This document shows positions 20,280-30,258 of a stretch of 64,000 bases of DNA, piece by piece. Position 1 is the stretch's first letter, and every line of letters starts with the position of its first letter. The position numbers and the translations under genes are program-made. Under the pieces are notes generated by a model, which did no database searches, was not told the origin of the DNA, and saw only the letters and a list, made by a program, of their open reading frames with translations. The stretch is from Euryarchaeota archaeon UBA62 (GTDB taxonomy: Archaea; Thermoplasmatota; Poseidoniia; Poseidoniales; Thalassarchaeaceae): assembly GCA_002502095.1 (NCBI GenBank), contig DAPJ01000005.1:15763-79762 (forward strand), given 5' to 3'.

Positions 20280-22415
20280 CTATTCTCTGTCAAAGGAAAT
20301 AGCCTCTCTAGGAACGGCGGCCAATGGCGCCCCGTGAACCAGACCCGAAACTTCTAGTTCTATCAAAGACGGACTTCCACTAATTTCCAAACTTAGGAAT
20401 CTCTTGGTCTCTGGATCCAATGTATCTAGGAAAATCTCGTTATCTTCAAACATATGCTCCGGACTAACTTTCGTAATGGAGGCAGTTGAGCCCTCTGGAG
20501 AGCTGACGCTAAGAGCTGTTAATTCCCACTTATCTTGAAAGGTTCTGATACCAAGAATCAGAAAGCTACTCTCTGGAATTACCCAGCTACAAATCTCAAT
20601 TTGTTCAGTCATATGTCTCAGTGACGGCTTTCCTAAGTCATACAGGGCATCGTCCCAAGAACTGTCTCCCAACATACTCAGTGCCTTCACTATACCTTCA
20701 GTATCTCCCTCTAAATTTTCACCCTCAAGGGACAGCCTCTCTCTAAGTAGCTCGAGCTTCTTAATTCCATGGATTTCAAAACCAGTCCTAGTATTTCTTT
20801 TCTCCAAAAACATGGACCTATTCCACCACAAGACAACTGCTAGGGGAAGTAACATCAGACCACCTATTAGAACATAGAAATTAGTGAATAGGTGAGACAG
20901 GTCACGATATTCTCCCTCATCGGGAATATTCTCGCCCAGGTAGACCATGTAGAATTCATATTCCACATCTCCAACTATGGGAGAGAGGCCCTCCACTCTA
21001 ATGGCATGAATTCCAGGTGGGACACTGATTACCGTACCATTCGTGTAATTCAGAATTTGCCAGCTATCCTGACTTAGGGTTTGGATCTGATATGTCACTG
21101 GAGACTCGATATCGGACCTGATCATCACCATAGAGCCATTTGAATCAACTATCTCGAAAGGATGAATGTCTATCCTATCTCCAATCCCTAAATTACCTGA
21201 GTAAGGAGTGGTACTAGGCGAAAGTAAGTCCCAGAACTCCGAAGGCCCCGTCTCGAGCCACAATAAATCAGGAGCATCTCCAAGAAGAACTCCATCTCCA
21301 GATACAGGGGAAGCCACCTCAATCTCCCATTCTATTACTTGTTCAGACTTTATTCTGAACTCTACACCAGTGCTGGAAGGACCAGTCTCGATATTATGGG
21401 GGCATTGATCTGAATCATCAACAATCTTCTCTTTCTCACCGTCTAGCTCATGTAGAAGTATTTCCAAGGCCACTTCTCCCGTGAAATGACATAATATTGG
21501 AAGACTAATTTTTGCTCCTGTAGAAATCAGGAGTGAATCCCCAAGATGGTCATTAGAAGATATGTGCCCCCTGTAAAAATCATAAGTTATTGAATTACTA
21601 CTCAATTGAAAATCATACATCCACGGATTTCCAAGCTCTTCTCCTGCAGGGCCTTCTTTTTCATCATCGAACCTGACCAAGTCGAATCTGTAAGGAGAAA
21701 AGTCACTCTCGTCTGAATGTACAATCCGAACCCATAGCTCTGCGTCTTCTGGGTAGTCTAGATACACTGAACTTGATTCACTCGATGAAATTGAGCCTAT
21801 CAGAGTTTTAGAATCCGATCTACTCCAATACTCAATACTGATACTATCGGGACTATGTATGTTAGATATCTTGACAATATCTCCATCATCTCCTTCAATC
21901 AATATCGCATCGTCATCGGCAGAAGTATCGAGAATTCCAACGAAAGAAGCACCTTCTGATAGAATCTCACTCCGATTGCACCTGTTTAGTTGGCAATTAG
22001 ATGAAGCGGATATGGATGCCCATTCACCTTGCTGTCCCGGAGGTGGTACCAAGTCAGGAAGATCTGAATTCTCAATGATATCCGATTGCTCTCCAATGAT
22101 GGACCTCACAGCAAAGTTTTCGATGACTAGAGATGGGTTTGCAAGAAGCTCCCAAGATACCGAACCGTCGACAAAGCCACTCCATTCTACGAGATGAGTG
22201 TCCATAATCCGATATTGAGAGTCATTGGTCCACACAACTAGCTCCATATCCTGACATGTATCTAGCTCACATGAAAACTCTACCCAGAAAGGACCATCCA
22301 CATCAGAATTACCTTGGAAAAATACCTCTGACTCACCATCATCATTAGCACCTACAAGGCCCGAAACCATCAACATTAGTACAGCTACAATCGAACCAAG
22401 TCTCGCCGCGCCCAT
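20280..22415 (-). CDS. Secreted/membrane protein of unknown function
   Basis: Signal peptide, acidic extracellular region, one TM (FYVLIGGLMLLPLAVVLWW), cytoplasmic C-terminal domain. Start placed at MGAARLG. Confidence 0.7.
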   Translation of the reverse strand: MGAARLGSIVAVLMLMVSGLVGANDDGESEVFFQGNSDVDGPFWVEFSCELDTCQDMELVVWTNDSQYRIMDTHLVEWSGFVDGSVSWELLANPSLVIENFAVRSIIGEQSDIIENSDLPDLVPPPGQQGEWASISASSNCQLNRCNRSEILSEGASFVGILDTSADDDAILIEGDDGDIVKISNIHSPDSISIEYWSRSDSKTLIGSISSSESSSVYLDYPEDAELWVRIVHSDESDFSPYRFDLVRFDDEKEGPAGEELGNPWMYDFQLSSNSITYDFYRGHISSNDHLGDSLLISTGAKISLPILCHFTGEVALEILLHELDGEKEKIVDDSDQCPHNIETGPSSTGVEFRIKSEQVIEWEIEVASPVSGDGVLLGDAPDLLWLETGPSEFWDLLSPSTTPYSGNLGIGDRIDIHPFEIVDSNGSMVMIRSDIESPVTYQIQTLSQDSWQILNYTNGTVISVPPGIHAIRVEGLSPIVGDVEYEFYMVYLGENIPDEGEYRDLSHLFTNFYVLIGGLMLLPLAVVLWWNRSMFLEKRNTRTGFEIHGIKKLELLRERLSLEGENLEGDTEGIVKALSMLGDSSWDDALYDLGKPSLRHMTEQIEICSWVIPESSFLILGIRTFQDKWELTALSVSSPEGSTASITKVSPEHMFEDNEIFLDTLDPETKRFLSLEISGSPSLIELEVSGLVHGAPLAAVPREAISFDRE

Positions 22416-22475
22416 GATTACCGGAAACAGTCCTGCCTTAGAATCCTTCAAGCGAAATGTTCCCCTCGCAGGCGC

Positions 22476-24254
22476 ATGAGTGACAGGCCATTGTCTAGAG
22501 AAGTCACCTCAAGGAACCGTTTCTCTAGACTTTTTTCACTAGGGGATAGGAGAAATCCTGTCTCTTTGGCGCCAGGTTTGGTTCTATCTGAATTGGACCC
22601 GGAGATTAATCTGGAAATAGCCCCATTCATTTTCCGCAGGGAGTCAACTAAACTCCCCGCAAAACTAAATCTAAGCACTCGTGGAAACCTATGCTTCCCT
22701 TTCGACGGCGAAGATAATTGGGAAGCATCAGAAGGTCTAGTTCTGCCCTCGAGCCTATCGACATCCAATTCCGGAGAATTCGGTTATGGAAATCAATTTC
22801 TACCACTATCGTGGCAGTCTCTCCATCATGATATTTCCCTGCTAGGGTCAGAACTTCAGCCTTCTGTTATAGCGATTACAGATGCTCCTCAATTATCTAA
22901 CTCAAGTGGGAAATTAGTAGAGGCCTTGAATGTAGTCAGGAGGAGATTCCCCTCTTCGCTGATTTGGACTCCTGGAATTTCAGGTCCAGATAATTGTGCA
23001 CTTTTATCTTGGTTAGGAGTAGATCTATTCGACCTCTCAAGATCAAGAATAGCTAACGCGAACGGCCTCCTCCTTACCTCTGATGGACCACGATATGCAG
23101 AAATATCCCTTGGAGAGCACGTGAACATGGATACTCAAATAGATCATTGGAGGTATTCAATCGCATCACTTAGATCAGCAATTAGATCAGGAACTGTAAG
23201 GGAGTTGACTGAGAAGGCTAGTCTTTCGAGCCCAAGATCTGTTGAAAGGCTAAGAAGACACGATACGCTAATCAGGGCTGACAAAGGAAGCTCTACTCTG
23301 ACTGCAGTGGACACCAGTGGAAGAAAGCTGAGGTACAACTCTCCAGTAAGTAGACAAGATCCCTTGGTTAATGATTGGAGAAAGAGAGTCTCAAGCCTAC
23401 ATACTCCTCCTAGTCACCAAGAACAGTTACTGATTTTACTTCCTTGTTCGGCGACTAAGCCATACAGGCTTTCTCAAAGCCATCATCGCTTCCTTAGGAA
23501 TATTCCCAGCAATAGGGCGCATCAAATCATGGTTACTTCTCCTCTTGGGCTAGTTCCAAGAGAACTAGAGGATTTGTGGCCCGCAGCGCACTACGACATA
23601 CCAGTTACCGGCGACTGGGATGCAGACGAACTACAAACGATAAACTCAATGATTTCGGAGGTTTGCCAAAGGGTAGGTTACAGCGAGATAATTAATCATT
23701 CAGGAATGGATATCTCCATCGAGGGAATTGTATGCCATAATACGAGAAGAGGAACGGCGGGATCTAAGGAATCACTAAACGAATTAAGGAAATCTGTTTT
23801 GAAATCTATTGAGGGTATGAATCTGGCAGATAAATCAGAGAAGCAACATAGAATCGAGATAATGAAATCTAGATCCAGATTTATACACGGCACAGACTCT
23901 TGGCTTGAGGGAACTACAGTATCTGGTAGGTTGCCAATACTGAGTATTTCCAGAGATGGCGAGCAACTGGCGAGATGGAACCCACGAGATGGGAGATTCG
24001 CGTTCTCGAAGAGGTCACTCCCACTCCTCCACGATAGTGGATGCTTCCCCTCAGTCAGTATCTTGGAAAACCACGATTGGAAGGGGGACATTTTTCCAAC
24101 AAATCTGGAGTCAGTATCCGGTGAAATTAGATTGGGGGAAGAAATTATGGTTACTCAAGACGGGATACTGATAGGAAGTGCTAGAGCAGTAGCACCTGGT
24201 TGGGAATGGCCATCTGGCCCCGGTAGGCTTGCGAAGGCACGCCATAGATTGTGA
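22476..24254 (+). CDS. arcS: Archaeosine synthase ArcS-like (degenerate TGT + DUF5591 + PUA)
   Basis: 'LGVDLFD', 'LLPCSATKPY', 'VTSPLGLVPRELE', 'YDIPVTGDW', and a C-terminal PUA-like domain. Confidence 0.85.
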   Translation: MSDRPLSREVTSRNRFSRLFSLGDRRNPVSLAPGLVLSELDPEINLEIAPFIFRRESTKLPAKLNLSTRGNLCFPFDGEDNWEASEGLVLPSSLSTSNSGEFGYGNQFLPLSWQSLHHDISLLGSELQPSVIAITDAPQLSNSSGKLVEALNVVRRRFPSSLIWTPGISGPDNCALLSWLGVDLFDLSRSRIANANGLLLTSDGPRYAEISLGEHVNMDTQIDHWRYSIASLRSAIRSGTVRELTEKASLSSPRSVERLRRHDTLIRADKGSSTLTAVDTSGRKLRYNSPVSRQDPLVNDWRKRVSSLHTPPSHQEQLLILLPCSATKPYRLSQSHHRFLRNIPSNRAHQIMVTSPLGLVPRELEDLWPAAHYDIPVTGDWDADELQTINSMISEVCQRVGYSEIINHSGMDISIEGIVCHNTRRGTAGSKESLNELRKSVLKSIEGMNLADKSEKQHRIEIMKSRSRFIHGTDSWLEGTTVSGRLPILSISRDGEQLARWNPRDGRFAFSKRSLPLLHDSGCFPSVSILENHDWKGDIFPTNLESVSGEIRLGEEIMVTQDGILIGSARAVAPGWEWPSGPGRLAKARHRL

Positions 24255-24323
24255 AAAATAAGCTACCGTATTTACGTAGTGGTTAAAGAGGAAGAGCAGG
24301 TCGCCGCCTTCGGAGATTCTGTT

Positions 24324-24779
24324 ATGTCACGCATGCACTCTGGTGGAAAAGGCTCCAGCGGGTCATCAAAGCCATTCGCAACTGAGGTCCCAAGTTGGTC
24401 GGAATCTGATAAGAAAGTCATCGAGTCCCACATTTTGGATCTTAACAAGGAGGGGCACTCAAATGCTATGATAGGTACAATCTTGAGAGATAGATTTGCA
24501 GTTCCCGATGTCCGTCTAGCAACAGGTGAGAGAATTTCTCAAATTCTCTTAAGAAATGGCATCTCTCCAAATTATCCAGAGGACATGATGAATCTGATGA
24601 GGAGGGCTCAGGGACTAATTGACCACCTTGGCAATAATCCCAAGGATAAGCATAACCGAAGGCAACTAGAGCTATGCGAATCCAAGATAAGGCGTCTAGC
24701 CAGCTACTACAAGGGCGTAAACAAGCTAGATGCAGATTGGCAGTATAAGAGGGATCAGTTGAGACTGATTGTAGAATAA
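24324..24779 (+). CDS. rps15: 30S ribosomal protein S15 (S13e)
   Basis: MSRMHSGGKGSSGS, IGTILRD, ESKIRRLASYYK. Confidence 0.97.
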   Translation: MSRMHSGGKGSSGSSKPFATEVPSWSESDKKVIESHILDLNKEGHSNAMIGTILRDRFAVPDVRLATGERISQILLRNGISPNYPEDMMNLMRRAQGLIDHLGNNPKDKHNRRQLELCESKIRRLASYYKGVNKLDADWQYKRDQLRLIVE

Positions 24780-24818
24780 TCCTCATGGTACAAATCTCAC
24801 AAACTTGTTACGATAGTT

Positions 24819-25679
24819 ATGAGGGACCTCATTTCCACTGACTTATTCGCTGGTGTTGAAAAGACCATCACAACAGGCATATCGCAACTAATGGAACAAG
24901 GTCAAAGAATATCCATAATTTCAGATGCTAATCTTCTGGGGGCACTATCAATAGCGCCTCTCGAGGCCTCATTAATTGACTCTAATTTCCCATACAGGAG
25001 AAGAATCGGTAACATCGATTATACCATTCCTGGAAACTCAATTGTCATTCATAATTACGGTGATACAAAAGGTGTTTTATGGGACAATGAAAAAAAAATA
25101 TTATCGATAAGTGAAACACTGTCGCCCGCATTATCCGGACATCTGGGAGATGACAAGATAGGACCACTTACTACAGTCGCCATGTGTCACTCAATCGCTC
25201 AATTGATATCTCCTTCGGGAGTATTAGTTAGGAAAATTAGGCCATGGGCAATATCTGGTAATTGGATTCATGCTTGCATGGATATGACATATGATCCGGT
25301 CTATTCTTCCTTGAAGGAATTGCTGACTTTAGAGGGTAGCATAAGGGTGATCCCAATACCGGAAGTTCCTAGTCCGAATGTGGATAGTTTGGATTTCATA
25401 GATGGAAACTCGCTGATTGATATTTCAGATAGATGGGGCTCCATGGGTGAGGAAGGAAGGGCAAGATCGCTATCGCACCTCTGTAGAGGTGCTCTCGACT
25501 CTACATCTCCCTCTACATCGAGACTAGAGGAGATCGTATGGAACTGTATCCTAGCTTCTGGTTGGGAAGTCGATTTGGCTAGCCAAATAAGAGCCTCTTC
25601 AATGATCTGGAATAACAAGAATCCCAAGTTGGCCACATCTGAAGCAATAGATAGGCTTCTCAGGTCTGGCAGACTCTAG
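24819..25679 (+). CDS. Hypothetical protein, possibly a degenerate RecJ/DHH-family protein
   Basis: Lies directly after rps15. N-terminal 'ISIISDANLLGALS' resembles DHH motif I without the catalytic Asp residues. Confidence 0.55.
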   Translation: MRDLISTDLFAGVEKTITTGISQLMEQGQRISIISDANLLGALSIAPLEASLIDSNFPYRRRIGNIDYTIPGNSIVIHNYGDTKGVLWDNEKKILSISETLSPALSGHLGDDKIGPLTTVAMCHSIAQLISPSGVLVRKIRPWAISGNWIHACMDMTYDPVYSSLKELLTLEGSIRVIPIPEVPSPNVDSLDFIDGNSLIDISDRWGSMGEEGRARSLSHLCRGALDSTSPSTSRLEEIVWNCILASGWEVDLASQIRASSMIWNNKNPKLATSEAIDRLLRSGRL

Positions 25680-27677
25680 TCACTCTTCTATTCTAATGAC
25701 ACTGTCACAACCACTACAGCTAATCCTTAGGGGACGAACATCTGATTCCACAGCAACGCTCATCCCACATGAGGGGCAACTAATTCGAGGATAGTTGGAG
25801 CCCCTGCTCTCATTACTCCTCAGTTTGGGAGATAGCAGAGAGATTGGTAGTACAAGCAGGAGGCTACATGCAACTACTCCAAGGACCATCTGCATCGGAA
25901 GCCCAAGAAAATAAATCCCAAAAGAAAGCACGCCAAGAGCTGTTACCGTAATCATGGTGGGGAATCTTGATCTATTCCTGGTCATAGTCATTCCCAAGCC
26001 TATGGACAAGCTCAGTACCAATACCATCATCCCGGATCCCAATAAAACACTGAATAGCCCATTTCCCGTCGGTACGAATTCCACTCTAAATGACTCTTCT
26101 ATATCTAAATCCGTACTCTCAACAGATAGGGTTTCAGATACGATCCACCTCCTATGAGAGTAGTCGATTCCACTCGCTGTAACAATTCCTATATCGGTGA
26201 GCATAGATCCCTGCAGAGTGGCATCAACCGAGATTTCTGTCCAGTATTCTTCAGCAGTAGACTTTGCGAAGGTTTCGATTAGTAGTTGTCTGTCTCCTTC
26301 CATAACCGAGTAAGAAGTAGAGATTTTTATCGTTATAGTTTCGGAACTGAAACCACTCGTCCCCCCTAGGTCGATCGATATCTCAGTTGGCCCCAATTCA
26401 ATAGGGTCAACACCAATTACCGACTCAGATTCTATGAATAGTCCATTTGAAAGAAATGATATCAAATCAGCGTTAGACCCTCTCAGATATCCTGTAAGTG
26501 CCATTAACTCGGAACTATCTACCATTTTGTTGTTAAAATCTGAGTCTGGTACGGAATCCGAGTACGAGTTTAGATTTCTCCACCAACTACTGGAGCCAAG
26601 ACTGGAGTTTCCAATATTGTCTAGGCCCCATCTCATCCACTGTGACATAGAGCCATCAAACTCTAGCGAGACCTTCTTTCTAACCTCGCTTCCATCCCAA
26701 TCCGCGTCTATTGAAACTAATATCGCTGACCCGCCCGTTCTAAGGGGCTCACTCGCAGGATACCAGGATCCACCTCCTCCATCGTCATCTCCGGCTTCTA
26801 TGAAATGAGACATGTTGGCACTGATCTGTAATCCATTCTGGGGCTCCAAAATGAATTCAGCTAAGAAAGACCCACTATCTACTCCTGCAGGCAAACTCCA
26901 TACGAATGTTACTTCGACGCCCCGTTCTACTAGTGTGGCAACTGGCTTATCTGTTACCGCAACATTCTGAACCTCAAAAGTACCTAAAGAAGATGACCAC
27001 ATCCTGTCGTCAAATCCAGAAGATAGAAGGATGGGGAAATACACAAGGTTTCCACTTACGCTAGCCTCCTTCATTTCAATCTCCACCAGCGGGAGCTTAA
27101 CCGATATACTGGACGCTTTATCATCGCTACCCCAATGAAAAATTACGCCTGAGTCATCCCCTGGTTGATTGAACCCCAATAACTGAACGATAAGGCTCAC
27201 TTCTACCTCGTCATCCTCTCGAACATCCCCCGATTCCACACTGATTACAGATTGAACGTCTCCTTCGCCGGTAAGATAAGGCTCGATTCCAGAGGTTCCT
27301 CCCTCATAGAAAGACCCACCAATCCTGACCTCAACTGTTATGTTGATATTAACCCCGACCGCACCTTGGACTTCATAATGGATATTGAACTCCCAGTCTC
27401 CAGCGGGATATTCCCCATCAATCCCCCAATCAACTCCCCAAGTTCCAACCTCAACAGGTTGTAGAACTTGGTTCACTAGCTTGGAATCTCCTTCATTGGT
27501 TTCCGACTCAAATGGTGTAAGAATGCCAGAATCTGGGTCTCCTTTCAAAAACAACTCAAAATTTTCTCCTGAGCAACAGCTTCCCTCTTGTGCTGAGACG
27601 TTGATAACCGGTCCCAAAACGGTCAACAAAAAAACCAATACAATAGAGGCTGGGACAAACCTACTGCGTACGCCCAT
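25680..27677 (-). CDS. Membrane-anchored surface protein with three C-terminal TM helices and a zinc ribbon
   Basis: Signal peptide, large acidic ectodomain, three TM helices, CPSC...CSGC. Confidence 0.7.
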   Translation of the reverse strand: MGVRSRFVPASIVLVFLLTVLGPVINVSAQEGSCCSGENFELFLKGDPDSGILTPFESETNEGDSKLVNQVLQPVEVGTWGVDWGIDGEYPAGDWEFNIHYEVQGAVGVNINITVEVRIGGSFYEGGTSGIEPYLTGEGDVQSVISVESGDVREDDEVEVSLIVQLLGFNQPGDDSGVIFHWGSDDKASSISVKLPLVEIEMKEASVSGNLVYFPILLSSGFDDRMWSSSLGTFEVQNVAVTDKPVATLVERGVEVTFVWSLPAGVDSGSFLAEFILEPQNGLQISANMSHFIEAGDDDGGGGSWYPASEPLRTGGSAILVSIDADWDGSEVRKKVSLEFDGSMSQWMRWGLDNIGNSSLGSSSWWRNLNSYSDSVPDSDFNNKMVDSSELMALTGYLRGSNADLISFLSNGLFIESESVIGVDPIELGPTEISIDLGGTSGFSSETITIKISTSYSVMEGDRQLLIETFAKSTAEEYWTEISVDATLQGSMLTDIGIVTASGIDYSHRRWIVSETLSVESTDLDIEESFRVEFVPTGNGLFSVLLGSGMMVLVLSLSIGLGMTMTRNRSRFPTMITVTALGVLSFGIYFLGLPMQMVLGVVACSLLLVLPISLLSPKLRSNESRGSNYPRISCPSCGMSVAVESDVRPLRISCSGCDSVIRIEE

Positions 27678-27755
27678 GATGTCGACATCACGTTGAACAT
27701 CTTGAACTCAACCCTTCTGAGGGCGAAACAAAGTCAATTTTGACCGAACCCAAGG

Positions 27756-29483
27756 CTACCCGTGTAGCCATATCAACGAGACTCCATTAGTTTCTGAAAT
27801 TTCTTCGACCATAGCGAAACCCATCCTCTCAAGCTGAAGACATTGACCAGTGAAAATTTCAATATTTTCGATTACTCCCTCGGCGTAATCAATTTCACTG
27901 TCGCGGGGGACTATCATTCTGGCTTCTGTAGAGTTCTTTGAAGAAACCCAATGGATAATTGGTAGGTTGCCACTTTTTTCCTTAGACACAATAAACGCAC
28001 TATCTCCCTTTATGTCAACATCTGCAAAGTCTTTCAGCCTCACCAATCCCTCTGAATAGTCATTTCCAGAAATAAATATCGATCCAGTGCCCAGGTCCCA
28101 CTCTCTAACTCCCATGTCCGGAATATCTGGATGCCTTCTGATTGAAATCAGCCCCATATCATCTGTGTTTCCGTCTCCTACCAGTTGCAACTCTCTTGGG
28201 ATCTCGATAAATGACCTCCTTTCTGAGTATCTATCAATGATCTTCGAATTCTTAGACTCTATACTTTCCATTGGTATTGAAATATCCTTCTGGGTCAAAC
28301 CTAACTCTATCCAGAACTCTCTCAGCGCCTGAGGGGAGAATCCCCTTCTCCTTAGCGCGGATACAGTAGGTAATCGAGGATCATCCCAACCAGAGAAATC
28401 TCCGTCTTCTATGGATCTCCTGATTGATGAAGTAGAGAACCCGCCAAAACCTAGTAACTTTACCCTTCCCCAGTACAATGTTTCGGGATAATCCCAGCCA
28501 AGGAGTTCGTACAGGAGTGTCTGCTTTCTGGTACTGTCCATTAGGTCCTTTCCCCTAACAATGTGAGTGACTCCTTGTAGGTGATCTTCTACAGCACTCT
28601 GGAAATCTAATAATGGCCAAACCTTGTATCTATCTCCTACTATTGGATGAGTATTATGCTGAATTCGTAATGCAGGCCAGTCCCTTAGTGCAGGATTGGG
28701 AAGCTCAAGATTAGTCTTCACTCTAACTACGGCACCGCCTTCATCAATATCTCCGGAAAGCATAAGTTTCCATTCCTGAATGCTATCTTCAGCCTTCTTC
28801 CCTCTACATTTACAGGCCTCCTTTGAATCTCGAAGCTCTTTGAATTCTGAAGCCGAACACCTGCAGACGTAACAGATACCCTGTGAAATCATCTCCTCAG
28901 CGGATTCTAGATAGGTATCCATTCTAGAACTAGCCCTTATGACTAAATCCGGTTTCGTCCCTGAAATCCATTCAAACTCTTCCTCGATCATTGAATATGC
29001 AGATTCTAACGGTGGCTTAACCTTTGTATCTGTATCATCAAATCGAAGTATGACCTTGCCGGAATACTTTTTCGCAAATTCTGAGTTAATTACAACTCCT
29101 CTTGAATGACCTATGGATAATGGCCCATTGGGGTTTGGGGCAAACCTCAAAATTACCTTTTTTCCGTTCTTGACCTCTAAATCCGGAAGTCCGACCCTCT
29201 TCTTCTGTTTTTCACGGTTTAGAGCTTCTGGATTAGTATCCTCGAGAATCTCCCTAACATGATCTAAGCCGTTATTATTGGCTAACATATTTGCTTCATC
29301 AACCTGCTTGGAAATAATGGGAACAAGCTCTTTGGCATTGCCCCTCAACTCAGGAAATTCTGAAAGTAGTCTTCCCAGTACACTACCAGATTTGCCAGAT
29401 CCATTGTATTCTACTGCGTTCTGTAAAGCATACTTGCGTACAGCAGAGAATATCCCTGGGCCCCACTCATCTTCATCTGCCAC
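27756..29483 (-). CDS. gltX: Glutamate--tRNA ligase (archaeal type)
   Basis: RFAPNPNGPLSIGH, LRFDDTD, RGKDL, GWDDPRLPT. Confidence 0.96.
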   Translation of the reverse strand: MADEDEWGPGIFSAVRKYALQNAVEYNGSGKSGSVLGRLLSEFPELRGNAKELVPIISKQVDEANMLANNNGLDHVREILEDTNPEALNREKQKKRVGLPDLEVKNGKKVILRFAPNPNGPLSIGHSRGVVINSEFAKKYSGKVILRFDDTDTKVKPPLESAYSMIEEEFEWISGTKPDLVIRASSRMDTYLESAEEMISQGICYVCRCSASEFKELRDSKEACKCRGKKAEDSIQEWKLMLSGDIDEGGAVVRVKTNLELPNPALRDWPALRIQHNTHPIVGDRYKVWPLLDFQSAVEDHLQGVTHIVRGKDLMDSTRKQTLLYELLGWDYPETLYWGRVKLLGFGGFSTSSIRRSIEDGDFSGWDDPRLPTVSALRRRGFSPQALREFWIELGLTQKDISIPMESIESKNSKIIDRYSERRSFIEIPRELQLVGDGNTDDMGLISIRRHPDIPDMGVREWDLGTGSIFISGNDYSEGLVRLKDFADVDIKGDSAFIVSKEKSGNLPIIHWVSSKNSTEARMIVPRDSEIDYAEGVIENIEIFTGQCLQLERMGFAMVEEISETNGVSLIWLHG

Positions 29484-29505
29484 ATACTAACGCCATCAGC
29501 CATCC

Positions 29506-30258
29506 CTATTTGTGATTGCCCTCTATCCAATGCTGAATATTAGTTTGAGAAGAAATCCCTTTATTTTCATATCTAGTAGGTACAGACGTACCATGCATTT
29601 CCTGCCAAGCTCTTCTCACAGTAGACCATGTCCATCTCAGGCATTCATGAGGATTTTTTCCAGAAATCAACTCATTTATTGAGGATCTAGTTTTTGGATC
29701 TGAGGGATATCCAGAACCTAAATCAACACCTATCTCACTGGATAATTTTTGCATGGCATTATCCCTAGTCACCTTTGCCACTATGCTGGACGCGGCAACC
29801 AATGAATTAGATGAGTCCATCGAGTGCTCAGATATTATCCTCCAGTCGCTCCACGAAGGCCCCAATTTTGATTTTACGTTGTTACCGAATCTTTCCTGAT
29901 CTACATCACACGCATCTAAAAAAATACTTCCAGACTCACCATTGTCATTGGAATTTTTTATCGCTTCAGAAAATAGAGTAACTTCGAGCTCATTCAGATT
30001 AGAAACAGAACTATTATGATCTATCCTGAAAGGTTCACACTCAACAATCCCTATGTTCCAATTCCTCTCAATTGCCTCCACATGAATTAGTTTGTAGATT
30101 GCCTCTCTCCTACTCTTGGAAAGAGTCTTGGAGTCTCTGGCCCCAATTTCTCTCAAAATGTGGTAATCATTTGAAGGAATGGATATCGCACATACTATCA
30201 GAGGTCCAATTACTGGCCCCCTTCCAGCTTCATCGACACCTATGGAGTACTCGCTCAT
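29506..30258 (-). CDS. rnhB: Ribonuclease HII
   Basis: GVDEAGRGPVIGP, DSKTL, AASSIVAKVTRD, GSGYPSDP. Confidence 0.96.
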   Translation of the reverse strand: MSEYSIGVDEAGRGPVIGPLIVCAISIPSNDYHILREIGARDSKTLSKSRREAIYKLIHVEAIERNWNIGIVECEPFRIDHNSSVSNLNELEVTLFSEAIKNSNDNGESGSIFLDACDVDQERFGNNVKSKLGPSWSDWRIISEHSMDSSNSLVAASSIVAKVTRDNAMQKLSSEIGVDLGSGYPSDPKTRSSINELISGKNPHECLRWTWSTVRRAWQEMHGTSVPTRYENKGISSQTNIQHWIEGNHK

